64,000 nucleotides of DNA, taken from assembly GCA_963790305.1 (NCBI GenBank), contig CAWBOC010000005.1, positions 704,001 through 768,000 on the forward strand. Direction: 5' to 3'. The notes under the pieces were generated by a model, which made no database searches, was not told the DNA's origin, and saw only the letters and a list, made by a program, of their open reading frames with translations. Shown in pieces: positions 19,740-30,412 of this stretch. Source of the stretch: an uncultured Gemmatimonadaceae bacterium (lineage in GTDB: Bacteria; Gemmatimonadota; Gemmatimonadetes; Gemmatimonadales; Gemmatimonadaceae). Within the stretch, counting starts at the first letter, position 1. The number at the start of each line of letters is the position of its first letter. Both the position numbers and the translations under genes were made by a program.

Positions 19740-21573
19740 TCACACCCGTTGCTTCTGGCGCGCGACCCACTCGCGAATGCGCGCATCGAGGATTCCCAGC
19801 GGAACGGCACCGGCGCCGAGCACCTCGTCGTGGAAGGTCCGCACGTCGAACGCGTCCCCCAGCTCACGCGTCGCGTAGTCGCGCAGCTCCCGAATCTTGA
19901 GCTGGCCGACCTTGTATGCGAGCGCCTGGCCGGGCCACGAGATGTAGCGGTCGACCTCCACCGTGATGTCGTGCAGAGGCTTGCTGCTGTTCGCCGCGAA
20001 ATAGTCGATGGCCTGCTGACGCGACCATCCCATGGAATGAAGCCCGGTGTCGATCACGAGCCGCACGGCACGCCACATGTCGTAGGTGAGCGCGCCGAAG
20101 CGCGAATACGGATCGGCGTACAACCCGAGATCATGTCCGAGCGATTCCGAGTAGAGTCCCCACCCTTCCACGAATGCGGTGAAGCCGAGAATGCTTGCGG
20201 AACTCGGGAACGTGCTCGAGCTCCTGCGCGATCGCGATCTGGAGATGGTGCCCGGGAACCGCCTCATGGACGGTGAGCGCCTCCATCTCCCACTTCGGGC
20301 GCGCCTTCAGATCGTAGGTGTTCGCGTAGAAGTATCCGGGCCGCCCCGCCTCGGGGGAGCCGGGCATGTAGTACGCGGTGGTGACATTGCGCTCGGAGTA
20401 CGCGGGCACCGCGATGACTCCGTACGGCATTCGTGGCAGACGACCGAACAGTCGGATGAGACCCGGATCGATGCGCTTCGCAATGTCCCGGTACTCGCGC
20501 AACAGGCTCGCCGTGTCCGTGAAGTAGAATCGCGGATCGGTCCGCAGGAACTGAATGAACTCGCCGAAGCTGCCCTTGAATCCCGTCTGGACCATGACGC
20601 TGTCCATCTCGCCGCGGATGCGCGCGACTTCGCGGAGGCCGAGCTCGTGGATCGCGCTCGCCGGCATGTCGGTCGTCGTGTACTGGCGGACGGCGAAGGC
20701 GTACCATCCTTCGCCATTCGGCAGAGCCGACAGGCCGATGCTCTCGCGAGCGCCCGGGACATACCGGTCAGCGATGAACCGATGGAGCTGACGCCAGGCA
20801 GGAAGCACCGAATCGCGCACCAGCGCCGTTCCGTGCTCACGCAATCGCAGACGTTCGGCTTCCGGAATCGCGGCCGGGAGTCTCGTGAGAGGCGCCATCA
20901 TCGCGCTCGTGGCGGGATCGTCGACGATCTGTCGTCCCACGGCATCGGCCACGCCGTGCAGCGTGACCCGCGGTGGTGTAATCCCGCGGGCGAGTCCCGT
21001 GTCGAGCAGGGCGATGACCTGCCTCACGAGCCTCGGGAACGTCTGCAGTCGTCCGAAGAGCGCATTGGCATCTTCGGCACGGTCGATCTTCATCAGCGAG
21101 ACGACATCCGGGATGTCGCGCTGAATACCGCTGAGCGCCGTGACCTGCAGGAGCTCGCCCGGAAAGCGCGCCTGCTCCGCCGCCATCTGGCCTTCATGCC
21201 GGAGCAGGTCGTAGGTCAGCCGGTCTGCCGCAGAGAGCCGTTGCCGATCGATCGTGTTGAGGACGCTGAGCGTTCGCCCCGCTTCGCGCTTGCGCCGCGC
21301 GATCGCGCTCGCGGAGAGGTCCGTCCACTGATGATCGTGTCCGGGATGCCCGATGAACGTCGCGAACTCCGGCGACTCCGTGACCTGCCACTCGAAGTAC
21401 AGCTCGGCCAGCTGGCGCAGCCGCAGTGAATCGTTCGAAGCGCGCGTGCGCTGGACCTGACCCAGCTCGCGGAAGCGCCGCTCCAGCTCAGCAAGCGATG
21501 GAGGGCGATGTTGGGCGGCGACCTCTGCCTGGAGGGTGACGAATAGCGCGAACGCGAGGAGAGCCGGGCGCAT
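19740..21573 (-). CDS. DUF885 family protein; frameshift near 20195
   Basis: HEAVPGHHLQ, AFVEGWGLYSE, RLVIDTGLH, EVDRYISWPGQALAYKVG across two frames; signal peptide. Confidence 0.9.
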
Positions 21574-21631
21574 GATTCGGGAAAGGCTGCGGTTTCCGAG
21601 AGTCTCGCGCAAGGGTCACGAACGAGGCCGA

Positions 21632-21734
21632 ACTGCATCACCACAGAGGCACGGAGGACACAGAGGAACCGCAAACTGCTCAAACAGCGGTTCGCGGTTC
21701 CTCTGTGTCCTCCGTGCCTCTGTGGTGATGCAGT
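21632..21734. repeat. Palindromic CACAGAGG-nonamer element
   Basis: ACTGCATCACCACAGAGGCACGGAGGACACAGAGGAACCGC / exact inverse arm. Confidence 0.9.
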
Positions 21735-21810
21735 CAGGCCCATGCGCGCCAGCCAAGCCGCCCCGAAGCACCCTTGCCCGCATCAGCGCCACCGCCACAA
21801 CCTCTACCGC

Positions 21811-23361
21811 ATGACAACCTCGAGCTGGACTACGTGCCTCATCACCGCCGCGATGATCTCGGCGCCCGCGGCCCTCGACGCGCAGACCCTCGACTCCGCG
21901 CCGCCGGTTCGCCGCGAGTTCCGGGGCGTTTGGGTCGCGTCGGTCGCGAACATCGATTGGCCTTCGCGGCCGGGACTCTCGACGTGGGAGCAACAGGAAG
22001 AGCTGCTTCGCGTGCTCAACCGGGGCGTCGCGCTCGGACTCAACGCCATCGTCCTCCAGATCCGTCCCGCCGCTGACGCGCTCTACCCCTCGCCGCACGA
22101 GCCGTGGTCCGAGTATCTCACCGGACGCCAGGGCGTTGCTCCGGAGCCCGCCTGGGATCCGCTCGCGTTCGCGGTCGAGGAGGCGCACCGGCGCGGCCTC
22201 GAGCTGCATGCCTGGTTCAATCCCTTCCGAGCGCGCCACCCGACGGCGACGTCCGAGCCCGCGCTCACCCACGTCGTACAGCGACAGCCCGAGCTCGTGG
22301 TCAGCTACGGAAGGCACCTCTGGCTCGATCCGGGTCTGCCAGCGGCGCGGACGTATTCCATCCGCGTCATCTCCGACGTCGTGCAGCGGTACGATATCGA
22401 TGGCGTGCAGATCGACGACTACTTCTACCCCTACAAGGAGCGCGACTCGTCAGGCACGCTGCTCGAGTTTCCGGACAGTCTCAGCTGGGCGCGCTACGTG
22501 GCGGGCGGGGGCGCGCTCTCGCGCGACGACTGGCGCCGCGGCAACGTCGACGCCTTCGTGCGCGACCTCTACCGCGCGATCAAACGCACCAAGCCACGAG
22601 TCAAGTTCGGTGTGAGCCCGTTCGGAATCTGGCGTCCGGGAAACCCTCCGACGATTCAAGGGTTCGACCCCTACGAGCAGATCTATGCCAATGCCCGCAA
22701 ATGGCTCGTCGAGGGGTGGGTCGACTACTTCGCTCCGCAGCTCTACTGGCCCATCCAGCCCCCTGCGCAAAGCTACCCCACGCTGCTCGCCTGGTGGGCC
22801 CAGGAGAATGTGAAGCGCCGTCACCTGTGGCCGGGGAATTTCTCCAGCCGTGTGGGCGCCGCCGACTCGACGCGCCGGTGGATGACGGGGGAGATTCTCG
22901 AGCAGGTGCGCCTGACGAGAGAGCATCCCGGCGCAACCGGCAACATCCACTTCAGCATGAAGGTCTTTCTCGAGAACCGGGACAGCATCGCCACCCAGCT
23001 CGGTCGGGGCGCATACGCCGAGCCTGCCCTCGTGCCATCGACGCCATGGCTCGACAGCATCCCGCCGCGCCGACCGACCGCTGTGGCGCGAACCGACTCG
23101 GTGACCGGGGGACTGAGCGTGCGCATGCTGCCGGCGGGGAAGGAGGGGATCTGGCGATGGATCGTGCGGATGCGCACCAGCGGCGCGTGGGTGACTCACA
23201 TCCTTCCCGGATGGCAGCGGTTGCATGCGGTGACGTTCGATGCGGTCTCGCCGCGACCCGACGAGATACTGGTGAGCGCCGTGGATCGTCTCGGAAACGA
23301 GAGTCGCGTCGTCCGCGTGCCTGTTCCCTCCAGGACCGGGACGACGCCGTCCGCCCCGTGA
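21811..23361 (+). CDS. Glycosyl hydrolase-like 10 (DUF187/YddW-like) protein
   Basis: REFRGVWVASVANIDWPS, ELHAWFNPFR, YDIDGVQIDDYFYPY, PQLYW. Confidence 0.9.
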   Translation: MTTSSWTTCLITAAMISAPAALDAQTLDSAPPVRREFRGVWVASVANIDWPSRPGLSTWEQQEELLRVLNRGVALGLNAIVLQIRPAADALYPSPHEPWSEYLTGRQGVAPEPAWDPLAFAVEEAHRRGLELHAWFNPFRARHPTATSEPALTHVVQRQPELVVSYGRHLWLDPGLPAARTYSIRVISDVVQRYDIDGVQIDDYFYPYKERDSSGTLLEFPDSLSWARYVAGGGALSRDDWRRGNVDAFVRDLYRAIKRTKPRVKFGVSPFGIWRPGNPPTIQGFDPYEQIYANARKWLVEGWVDYFAPQLYWPIQPPAQSYPTLLAWWAQENVKRRHLWPGNFSSRVGAADSTRRWMTGEILEQVRLTREHPGATGNIHFSMKVFLENRDSIATQLGRGAYAEPALVPSTPWLDSIPPRRPTAVARTDSVTGGLSVRMLPAGKEGIWRWIVRMRTSGAWVTHILPGWQRLHAVTFDAVSPRPDEILVSAVDRLGNESRVVRVPVPSRTGTTPSAP

Positions 23362-23489
23362 TCGCGGGCTTTCGCGCGGCGTCCGAAGCGGTTCGCCCCG
23401 TTGTGCGGCGCCCTCACCGCACGGCGCGCGGCCCTCGCGGCAGCCGACGCTACCTTGCATCGTCGTCGACCCATGGAGGATTCGTTCGC

Positions 23490-24059
23490 ATGTTGGAGGC
23501 GCGCGACCGCGCGGTCGCTCCCACGGGATCGCTGTCGATCGATTCGCGTCGCTCGCGCCTCGCCTTCGACGTGCGCTACTTCGGATTCCTCCGCGTGCAG
23601 GGCGAGTTCCGCGACGTACGTGGAGAGATCTTCGGCATGGACCCGCACGCGCTCTCAGCCGAGTCGGTCACCGCGGTGGTGCCGATCGCCGGGCTCGCGA
23701 CCGGGATCCGGCTTCGCGACTGGCATCTGTGCAGCGCCGGCTATCTCGCCCTGCAGAAATGGCCCGAAGCGACCTTTCAGAGTGAGCGCATCGTCCCGGA
23801 CGGGCGCGCCGGGGCACGGGTCATCGGGACGTTGATCCTGCGGGGAGTGTCGCGCGAGGTCGTGCTCCACGTCGAGGAATGTCGATACAATGCCAGCGCA
23901 CGCCGGATGCGCGCTCGCGCCCGCGTCACCCTTCACCGGTCGGATTTCGGTGTCGGCCCATCTCGCCGCGCGCCCTGGTGGGACCCGCGCCGATACCTCA
24001 TCGACGATGAGGTGCGCCTCCTGCTCGACGTCGAAGCCGTCGAACGCGACGAGGTCTAG
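23490..24059 (+). CDS. YceI family lipid/polyisoprenoid-binding protein
   Basis: SRLAFDVRY.G..V.G.F, TG...RD.HL, GTLILRGVSREV, RSDFG; GGAGGA RBS. Confidence 0.8.
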   Translation: MLEARDRAVAPTGSLSIDSRRSRLAFDVRYFGFLRVQGEFRDVRGEIFGMDPHALSAESVTAVVPIAGLATGIRLRDWHLCSAGYLALQKWPEATFQSERIVPDGRAGARVIGTLILRGVSREVVLHVEECRYNASARRMRARARVTLHRSDFGVGPSRRAPWWDPRRYLIDDEVRLLLDVEAVERDEV

Positions 24060-25341
24060 ATGAACGAGGAGGGCATGCAGAGCGCCGCATCGGCTCGTCA
24101 CCTGCTGGACGTGCAGCGAGAGCGCGCCGAGCGCCTGCTCAATGGCGTGCGGGCCGGGGTGCTCGGATTGCTCGCGGTTGCGGCGCTCGCCTACGCACCG
24201 AGCCTCACGCCGGCGCTGAATCGCGTCAACGTCCTCGTGCTCACGCCGACGCTCGCGTGGACGGTCGGGCAGTTCCTGATCTTCTATCGACGGGAGCGGC
24301 TGCCGAGCTGGCTCTCCATCGCCAACCCGCTCGTCGACATCACGGCGGTGAGCGCAATCATTCTGGGATACGCGCTCGCGCAGTCGGCGGCGCTCGCGCT
24401 CAAGACGCCGATCTTTCTTTCGTACTTCGTCATCCTCGCCGCGCGACCGATCGCGTCATCCACCGCACGCGCAGCGCTGGTGTCCGCGCTCGCGGTGACG
24501 CAGTACGCGCTCCTGGCGCAGTTCTTCGTCATCTCGGGGCGCATCACCACGACATCGCCGCTCGCCGCGCCGGGTGGCTCCGGAGTTTCCCTGCTCGACG
24601 AGAGCGCGAAGCTGCTGTTGCTCGCTCTCGCCGGGGCGGTCGCGACGTATGCGACGGCGTGGCACGAGCGACTGGCGATCAGCTACTTCCGCCAGGCCCG
24701 AGACCGCGAGCAGCTCGAGGCTCGCCTGGCGCGTGCCCAGCTCCAGACGCTCAAGCTTCAGCTTCAGCCGCACTTTCTGTTCAACACACTCAACACGATT
24801 ACCGCGCTCATCGGCGTGGATCCACGTGTGGCCGAACGCATGGTATCGGGCTTGAGCGAGCTCCTGCGACTGTCGCTCCGGAATGCCGGCGAGCAGGAGG
24901 TGCCGCTGTCCCGCGAGCTCGAGCTCCTCGAGCACTATGTCGAGATCCAGCAGATCCGGTTTCGCGATCGCCTGACGGTGACGCTCGAGGTCGCGCCCGA
25001 CACAATGCAGGCGCTCGTCCCGAACTTCATTCTCCAGCCGCTGGTGGAGAACGCGATCCGCCACGGCATTGGCCCGCGTGCGGCGCCGGGACATGTCGAC
25101 TGTGCGTGCCTATCGAGAAAACGGCTCGCTGCACTTGCGCGTCGCCGATAATGGCGTCGGCGCCCGCGCACGACGGTCCGAGCCATCGGGCGAGGGGATC
25201 GGACTGGGCAACACGAAAGCGAGACTCGAGCACCTGTACGGCACCGATCACGCCTTCAGTGCGCAGGGCGGCACCGAGGGCGGCTTCGTCGTCGACATCG
25301 TCATCCCATTCCGCCCGCGCGCCGAGTCCGCGGGCGCCTAA
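24060..25341 (+). CDS. LytS/YehU-type membrane sensor histidine kinase; frameshift near 25100
   Basis: QLQPHFLFNTLN, LQPLVENAIRHG; VADNGVG and GIGLGNTKARL in shifted frame. Confidence 0.92.
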
Positions 25342-25353
25342 CAGCTGGAGTAC

Positions 25354-26127
25354 ATGATGGAGCAGATTCGTACGCTGATCGTCGATGATGAGCCTCTGGC
25401 GCGCCAGCATCTGCGTGGCCTGCTCGCGGACGATCCCGACATCGCCGTGATCGGCGAGTGCGGCAACGGCCGCGACGCCGTGGAGGCGATTCGCGCCCAG
25501 CAGCCGTCGCTGGTGCTCCTGGACATCCAGATGCCCGAGCTCAATGGGCTGGCGGTCGTCGACGAGGTGGGGGCCGAGTCGATGCCGGCGACCATCTTCG
25601 TCACCGCGTTCGACGAATACGCGGTCAAGGCGTTCGACGCGCACGCGCTCGACTACGTGATGAAGCCGGTGAGCCGCGCCCGCTTCCATCAGGCCATCGA
25701 GCGCGCGAAGACGCAGCTGCGCGACCCGACGCCGGCGGCGCGTCCGCCGCTCGCGGCGCTGCTCGATCAGCTGCGCGTCGAGGGCACGGCGGTTCCGCGC
25801 CGCATCGCGCTCAAGCGTGATGGGAGGCTGCTCTTCGTGCGCATCGAGGACATCGACTGGATCGAGGCCGCTGATGACCACGTCGTGGTGCACGTCGGAC
25901 GGGAGCTGTACCGTCAGCGCGACACGCTCACCCGGCTCGAGCAGCGGCTGCCGCCGCACAAGTTCCTCCGCGTGCACCGCTCATCGATCGTCAACGTCGA
26001 TCGCATTCGCGAGATGCAGCCCTGGTTTCAGGGCGACTTCGTGCTGATTCTCGTCGACGGAACGCGGGTGACGACGGGGAGGAGCTATCGGGAGCGCGTG
26101 AGGGAGTTCATCGACCGGTCCATGTAG
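25354..26127 (+). CDS. LytTR family response regulator
   Basis: VDDEPLAR, LDIQMP, TAFDEYAV, FLRVHRSSIVN. Confidence 0.95.
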   Translation: MMEQIRTLIVDDEPLARQHLRGLLADDPDIAVIGECGNGRDAVEAIRAQQPSLVLLDIQMPELNGLAVVDEVGAESMPATIFVTAFDEYAVKAFDAHALDYVMKPVSRARFHQAIERAKTQLRDPTPAARPPLAALLDQLRVEGTAVPRRIALKRDGRLLFVRIEDIDWIEAADDHVVVHVGRELYRQRDTLTRLEQRLPPHKFLRVHRSSIVNVDRIREMQPWFQGDFVLILVDGTRVTTGRSYRERVREFIDRSM

Positions 26128-26253
26128 GGGTCGGGAGTCAGGAGTCAGGGGTCAGGGGGGGTCAGGGTGAAGGTTCGAGGGGACTGCTCGCGCAACTCCT
26201 GCAACCTCTCCCCTGCCACCCCCTGACCCCGGACTCCTGACTCCTGACCCCTA
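26125..26253. repeat. Inverted heptamer (GGAGTCA/GGGGTCA) palindromic element between convergent genes
   Basis: TAGGGGTCGGGAGTCAGGAGTCAGGGGTCAGGGG ... CCCCTGACCCCGGACTCCTGACTCCTGACCCCTA. Confidence 0.9.
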
Positions 26254-27569
26254 TCGCGCAGCACCATTCGCATTCCATACCGGGTTCTCAGCGTAATCAT
26301 CGGCTTCATCGCCACGCGCTGACCGGGAGCGAGCTCCACACGCCAGCGCTGCGCGAGCGTCGCCAGCACCAGCATCCCCTCCGTCCACGCGAACTGATCG
26401 CCGATGCACATCCGCGTGCCGCCGCCGAAGGGGAAATAGGAGAACTTGGGCCGAGACGCTTGTGCCTCTGGCGTCCATCGACTCGGGTCAAAGCGCTCCG
26501 GGTCCGGGAACCAACGCGCATCGCGCTGCGTCACGAGGGGGCTCACCACGACGAGTGATCTCGCCGGGATCGTGACGCCGGCCACCTCGTACTGCTCGAG
26601 CGCTTGCCGCCCAATCGCGTATGCCGGCGGGTAGAGCCGCATCGACTCCGAGAACACCATGCGCGTGTAGGAAAGGGCGGCGAGATCCTCGACGGTGGCA
26701 CGACGGTCACCGAGGACACGATCGATCTCCTCGTGGAGCCGTGCTTCGACGTCCGGATGCTGCGAGAGCAGATACCACGTCCACGTGAGCGCGTTGGCGG
26801 TGGTTTCATGACCGGCGAGAAACAGGGTCATCGCCTCGTCGCGCACCTGCTCGTCCGTCATGCCACCCCCGTCCCCCTCCGGGTCCTGCGCCGACAGCAG
26901 CATCGACAGCAGATCCCCACGTGCGTGCCCCCGCGCGAGCTCCGAGCGGCGCTCGGCGATGAGGCGATAGATGGTCGCGTCCAACCGCCCGCGAGCGCGA
27001 GCGAATCGACGCGTGTGAGGAAGCGGAAGCCGGTCGAGCAGCTGCATGCCGGGAATGAACACGGTCTGGAACAGCTCCAGCACGTCGGTCAGCGCGCCCC
27101 CAATCTCGTCTGCTTCCGCGTCGACGTCGGCGTCGAACAGCGTGCGCGCGACGATGGCGAGCGTGAGCGCCATCATCTCGTGATCCATGTCGACCGTGCC
27201 GCCATCACGCCAGCGGTTGCCAGCGATCCAGGCGCGATCGACCATGATGCGCGCGTATTCGGCGATTCGCTGGCGGTGAAAGGCCGGCTGCACCAGACGC
27301 CGCTGTCTCAGGTGGAAGTCCCCCTCGCTCGTCAGAAGTCCCTCGCCGAACAGGATCTTCGCGCGCTGGAGGACGTGCCCTTTCATGAACGTGCGCTGGT
27401 GCGTGACGAGCACGTCGCGCACATGGTCGGGGTGTGCGAGGAGGTGGACGCGAAGGTTGCCCAGCCGCGCGCGCGCAACGTCTCCCTGGTCGCGATGCAG
27501 GCCGAGGAGAAACCCTGCGAGATCGCGTCGCGCTCGCACGACGTTGGTGAGACCGGCAAGAAGTCCCAT
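26145..27569 (-). CDS. Cytochrome P450 (true stop may be TAG at 26251-26253)
   Basis: AGHETT I-helix, [20 protein letters not shown] heme motif. Confidence 0.95.
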   Translation of the reverse strand: MGLLAGLTNVVRARRDLAGFLLGLHRDQGDVARARLGNLRVHLLAHPDHVRDVLVTHQRTFMKGHVLQRAKILFGEGLLTSEGDFHLRQRRLVQPAFHRQRIAEYARIMVDRAWIAGNRWRDGGTVDMDHEMMALTLAIVARTLFDADVDAEADEIGGALTDVLELFQTVFIPGMQLLDRLPLPHTRRFARARGRLDATIYRLIAERRSELARGHARGDLLSMLLSAQDPEGDGGGMTDEQVRDEAMTLFLAGHETTANALTWTWYLLSQHPDVEARLHEEIDRVLGDRRATVEDLAALSYTRMVFSESMRLYPPAYAIGRQALEQYEVAGVTIPARSLVVVSPLVTQRDARWFPDPERFDPSRWTPEAQASRPKFSYFPFGGGTRMCIGDQFAWTEGMLVLATLAQRWRVELAPGQRVAMKPMITLRTRYGMRMVLRDRGQESGVRGQGVAGERLQELREQSPRTFTLTPPDP

Positions 27570-27662
27570 GGCACATGTATGCAGCGAGAGCGGGTCGCGC
27601 GCCAACCCCTTGGCCTGCGGGCCCGCGACAACTAGAATCGGGGCACCTACTTCACCGTCGCC

Positions 27663-27890
27663 ATGGCCAATCGCGCACGCATACCGCTCCTCGTCGTCGG
27701 ATGGCTGATCGTCATCGGCCTGCTCGTCGCCACGTTCATCTTCTACGGCGGGACGCGGTTGTCGCAGCCGCACCGGCTCACCGGATTCCCGCGGATGCCC
27801 CTGTACGGCGCGATCACCTGGTGGTTCTTCCTCGCCATCCCGATGATCGGTCTCACGTACGGCGCGTTCAACGAGTGGCGAAAGAAATGA
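27663..27890 (+). CDS. Small two-TM hypothetical membrane protein
   Basis: 75 aa with two hydrophobic segments, followed by a terminator. Confidence 0.65.
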   Translation: MANRARIPLLVVGWLIVIGLLVATFIFYGGTRLSQPHRLTGFPRMPLYGAITWWFFLAIPMIGLTYGAFNEWRKK

Positions 27891-27921
27891 GGCTGTTGCG
27901 GTTAGACTGAGTGACTCGAAT

Positions 27922-27952
27922 CCCCGGCAGTGTCGCTGCCGGGGGTTTTTTT
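27922..27952 (+). terminator. Rho-independent terminator
   Basis: CCCCGGCAG-tgtcg-CTGCCGGGG followed by a T7 tract. Confidence 0.85.
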
Positions 27953-28042
27953 CTGAATACGGCCGCGCCGGAACTTTTCCGACGGCTGCCCGTTGAGTCT
28001 CACACGCGGTTGTAGGTACGCACTTGCTCTGACAGGCCTCGA

Positions 28043-28062
28043 AAGCAAGTACTCACTTGCTT
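28043..28062. promoter_or_regulatory. Candidate TetR operator overlapping the -35 element
   Basis: AAGCAAGT-actc-ACTTGCTT palindrome; TTGCTT-N16-TAGACT-N7-ATG. Confidence 0.65.
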
Positions 28063-28091
28063 ACACACTTGTTTCCGGTAGACTCGGCCCC

Positions 28092-28745
28092 ATGAACTCC
28101 ATTCGTGAACGCCTCCTCAATGCCGCCGCCCGCGTCTACGCCGAAACAGGCTACCGCGGCGCCACCACTCGGCGCATCGCCCAGGAGGCCGGCGTCAACG
28201 AGATCACGCTCTTCCGGCACTTCGGGTCGAAGACCACGCTGATCCTCGAGGCCGTCCGCCAGGCCAACCTCCGCAGCGACTGCCCGACCGTTCCGGCTTC
28301 GCCCGGAGAACCGGTGACCGAGATCCGAACGTGGGTGCGCGGGGAGCTCCGGCATCTCACCCAGCTGCGCTCGATCATTCGCACCAGCCTCGGCGAAGTC
28401 GAGGAGCGTCCCGAGATCCTTCCCCTCATCGGCGAAAAGCCGCGCGATGTGATCCTCGGGCTCTCGGCGTACGTGGAGCAGCTCCAGCACGAAGGCAGAG
28501 CATCGGTCGACATCGATGCGCGCACCGCCGCGCTGACCTTTTTCGGGACGCTCTTCGCCGACGCGATGGGTCGCGACGTGATGCCCGAGCTCTATCACGA
28601 TTCGCTCGATGAGTCGGCCGATCGATACGCGAGCGTCTTTCTCCGCTCGATCGGTGTGTCGGAGGAAGCAGGTGATGGACTCCGCGCCACCAACGGTCGG
28701 CTCCATCGGAGGAAGGGGAGGGTACGCGGTGCCGTCGCTCCGTGA
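28092..28745 (+). CDS. TetR/AcrR family transcriptional regulator
   Basis: GYRGATTRRIAQEAGVNEITLFRHFGSK HTH. Confidence 0.93.
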   Translation: MNSIRERLLNAAARVYAETGYRGATTRRIAQEAGVNEITLFRHFGSKTTLILEAVRQANLRSDCPTVPASPGEPVTEIRTWVRGELRHLTQLRSIIRTSLGEVEERPEILPLIGEKPRDVILGLSAYVEQLQHEGRASVDIDARTAALTFFGTLFADAMGRDVMPELYHDSLDESADRYASVFLRSIGVSEEAGDGLRATNGRLHRRKGRVRGAVAP

Positions 28746-28773
28746 CTTTCAGATTTCCAGAACCAGGATCTCG

Positions 28774-30412
28774 ATGATGTCTCGTACAACGACTCTTTCG
28801 GTCCTCGCCGCGCTCACACTGGGAAGCGCGTCGCTCGAGGCACAGCAAACCGCGACCGGCCGTCAGCTCTCGCTGGAGGAAGCGCTTCGCATTGCGGAGA
28901 CGGCGAGTGAAGACGTCGGTATCGCTCGCGCCGCGGCGGATCGCGCGCACGGTGAGCAGATGCGCGCGCGCAGCGAGCTCTTTCCGCAAGTCTTCGCGTC
29001 GCTCGGCTACACCCGAACGCTCGCGTCGCAGTTCGAGGACATCGCCGAGAATCTGCCGCCGCGGAATCCGCAGGCGCTCGATCCGATCGACGACAATCCG
29101 AACGACGCGTTCGGACCGACGTGCTTCAACTATCTCGATCCCGGCGGAACGACCACCGAACGCCTGGCCGGTCTGGAGAACGCCGCTCGCTGCACGAGCG
29201 CCGGTTTTGATTTCGCCGCCCTGCCGTTCGGCCAGCGGAACAACTGGACGCTCGGACTGGATGTTCAGCAGACGCTGTTCGCCGGCGGGCGTGTGACCGC
29301 CCAGACGCGCATGGCGGGCGCCGGTCGCCGCATCGCCGAGACGTCGCTCGCGTCCACGCGCGCGCAGCTCGTGCTCAACGTGATCGAGGCCTACTACGAT
29401 GCGGCCCTCGCCGATCGCCTCGTCTCGATCGCGGTGTCGACGCTCGAGCAGGCCGAAACGACGCTGCGTCACACGCAGCTCGCGCGGCAGGTGGGGAATC
29501 AGCCCGAGTTCGAGCTGCTGCGCGCGACCGTCTCGCGTGACAACCAGCGCCCCATACTCATTCAGCGGCAATCCGATCGCGACATCGCGCTCATGCGGCT
29601 CAAGCAGCTGCTCAACCTCCCGCTCGATGCGCCGCTGACGTTGACGACGCCCCTCGACGACACGACCGCCGCGATCCCGGCGCGCCTGACGAGCGGACCG
29701 CTGACGCGCTCGGACTCCGTCGTGCCGTCCGACCGCGCGCCGGTTCGTCAGGCAGCCGAGGCGGTCGAGGTCAGTGCCAATGCGCTGCGCATCGCGCGGT
29801 CGCAGCGGCTGCCTCAGGTCAACGTCAACATGCAGTACGGGCGAGTCGCCTATCCGCAGACGGGCCTGCCCGGTCTGGAACGACTTCAGCACCAACTGGA
29901 CGGTGGGCGTGGCGTTGCAGGTTCCGCTCTTCACCGGTGGACGCATCACGGGCGATGTGCGCGTGGCGCAGGCAGATCTCGAGGAGGCACGGTACCGCCT
30001 GACCCAGGCGCGTGAGCTGTCCGAGCTCGACTCGTACGCGGCGATGGCGCGGCTCGAGGCAGCGGAGGCGTCGTTCGCCGCGAGCGCCGGAACGGCGCAG
30101 CAGGCCGCGCGCGCGTATCAGATCGCCGAGATCCGCTATCGCGAGGGGATTTCGACGCAGGTCGAGTTGTCCGATTCCCGGATTCTGCTCGAGCAAGCGT
30201 CCGCCAACCGTGCGCTCTCCGCGCGTGACCTGGCGGTTGCTCGGGCGCGCGTCGCGCTGTTGCGCGACCTCCCGTTCGGCGCGATCGGGGCGCCCTCGTC
30301 AGGCGCTCCCATGACCCAACCGCAAGCGCAGCAGCAACGGCCGTCCGCACCCCAACGCCCCCAGCAGGCGGCGGCACTCACTGGAAGTCAGCCCGGAGCC
30401 TTCGCCCCATGA
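28774..30412 (+). CDS. TolC family outer membrane efflux protein; frameshift near 29870
   Basis: LSLEEAL, ARSELFPQV, QQTLFAGGR, QVPLFTGGR, RYREGISTQVEL. Confidence 0.9.

Noticed and set aside
22104..24059. 651-aa ORF ending in YceI
   Set aside because: The N-terminal part is an Arg-rich shadow frame of the GHL10 gene; YceI has its own RBS and ATG at 23490.
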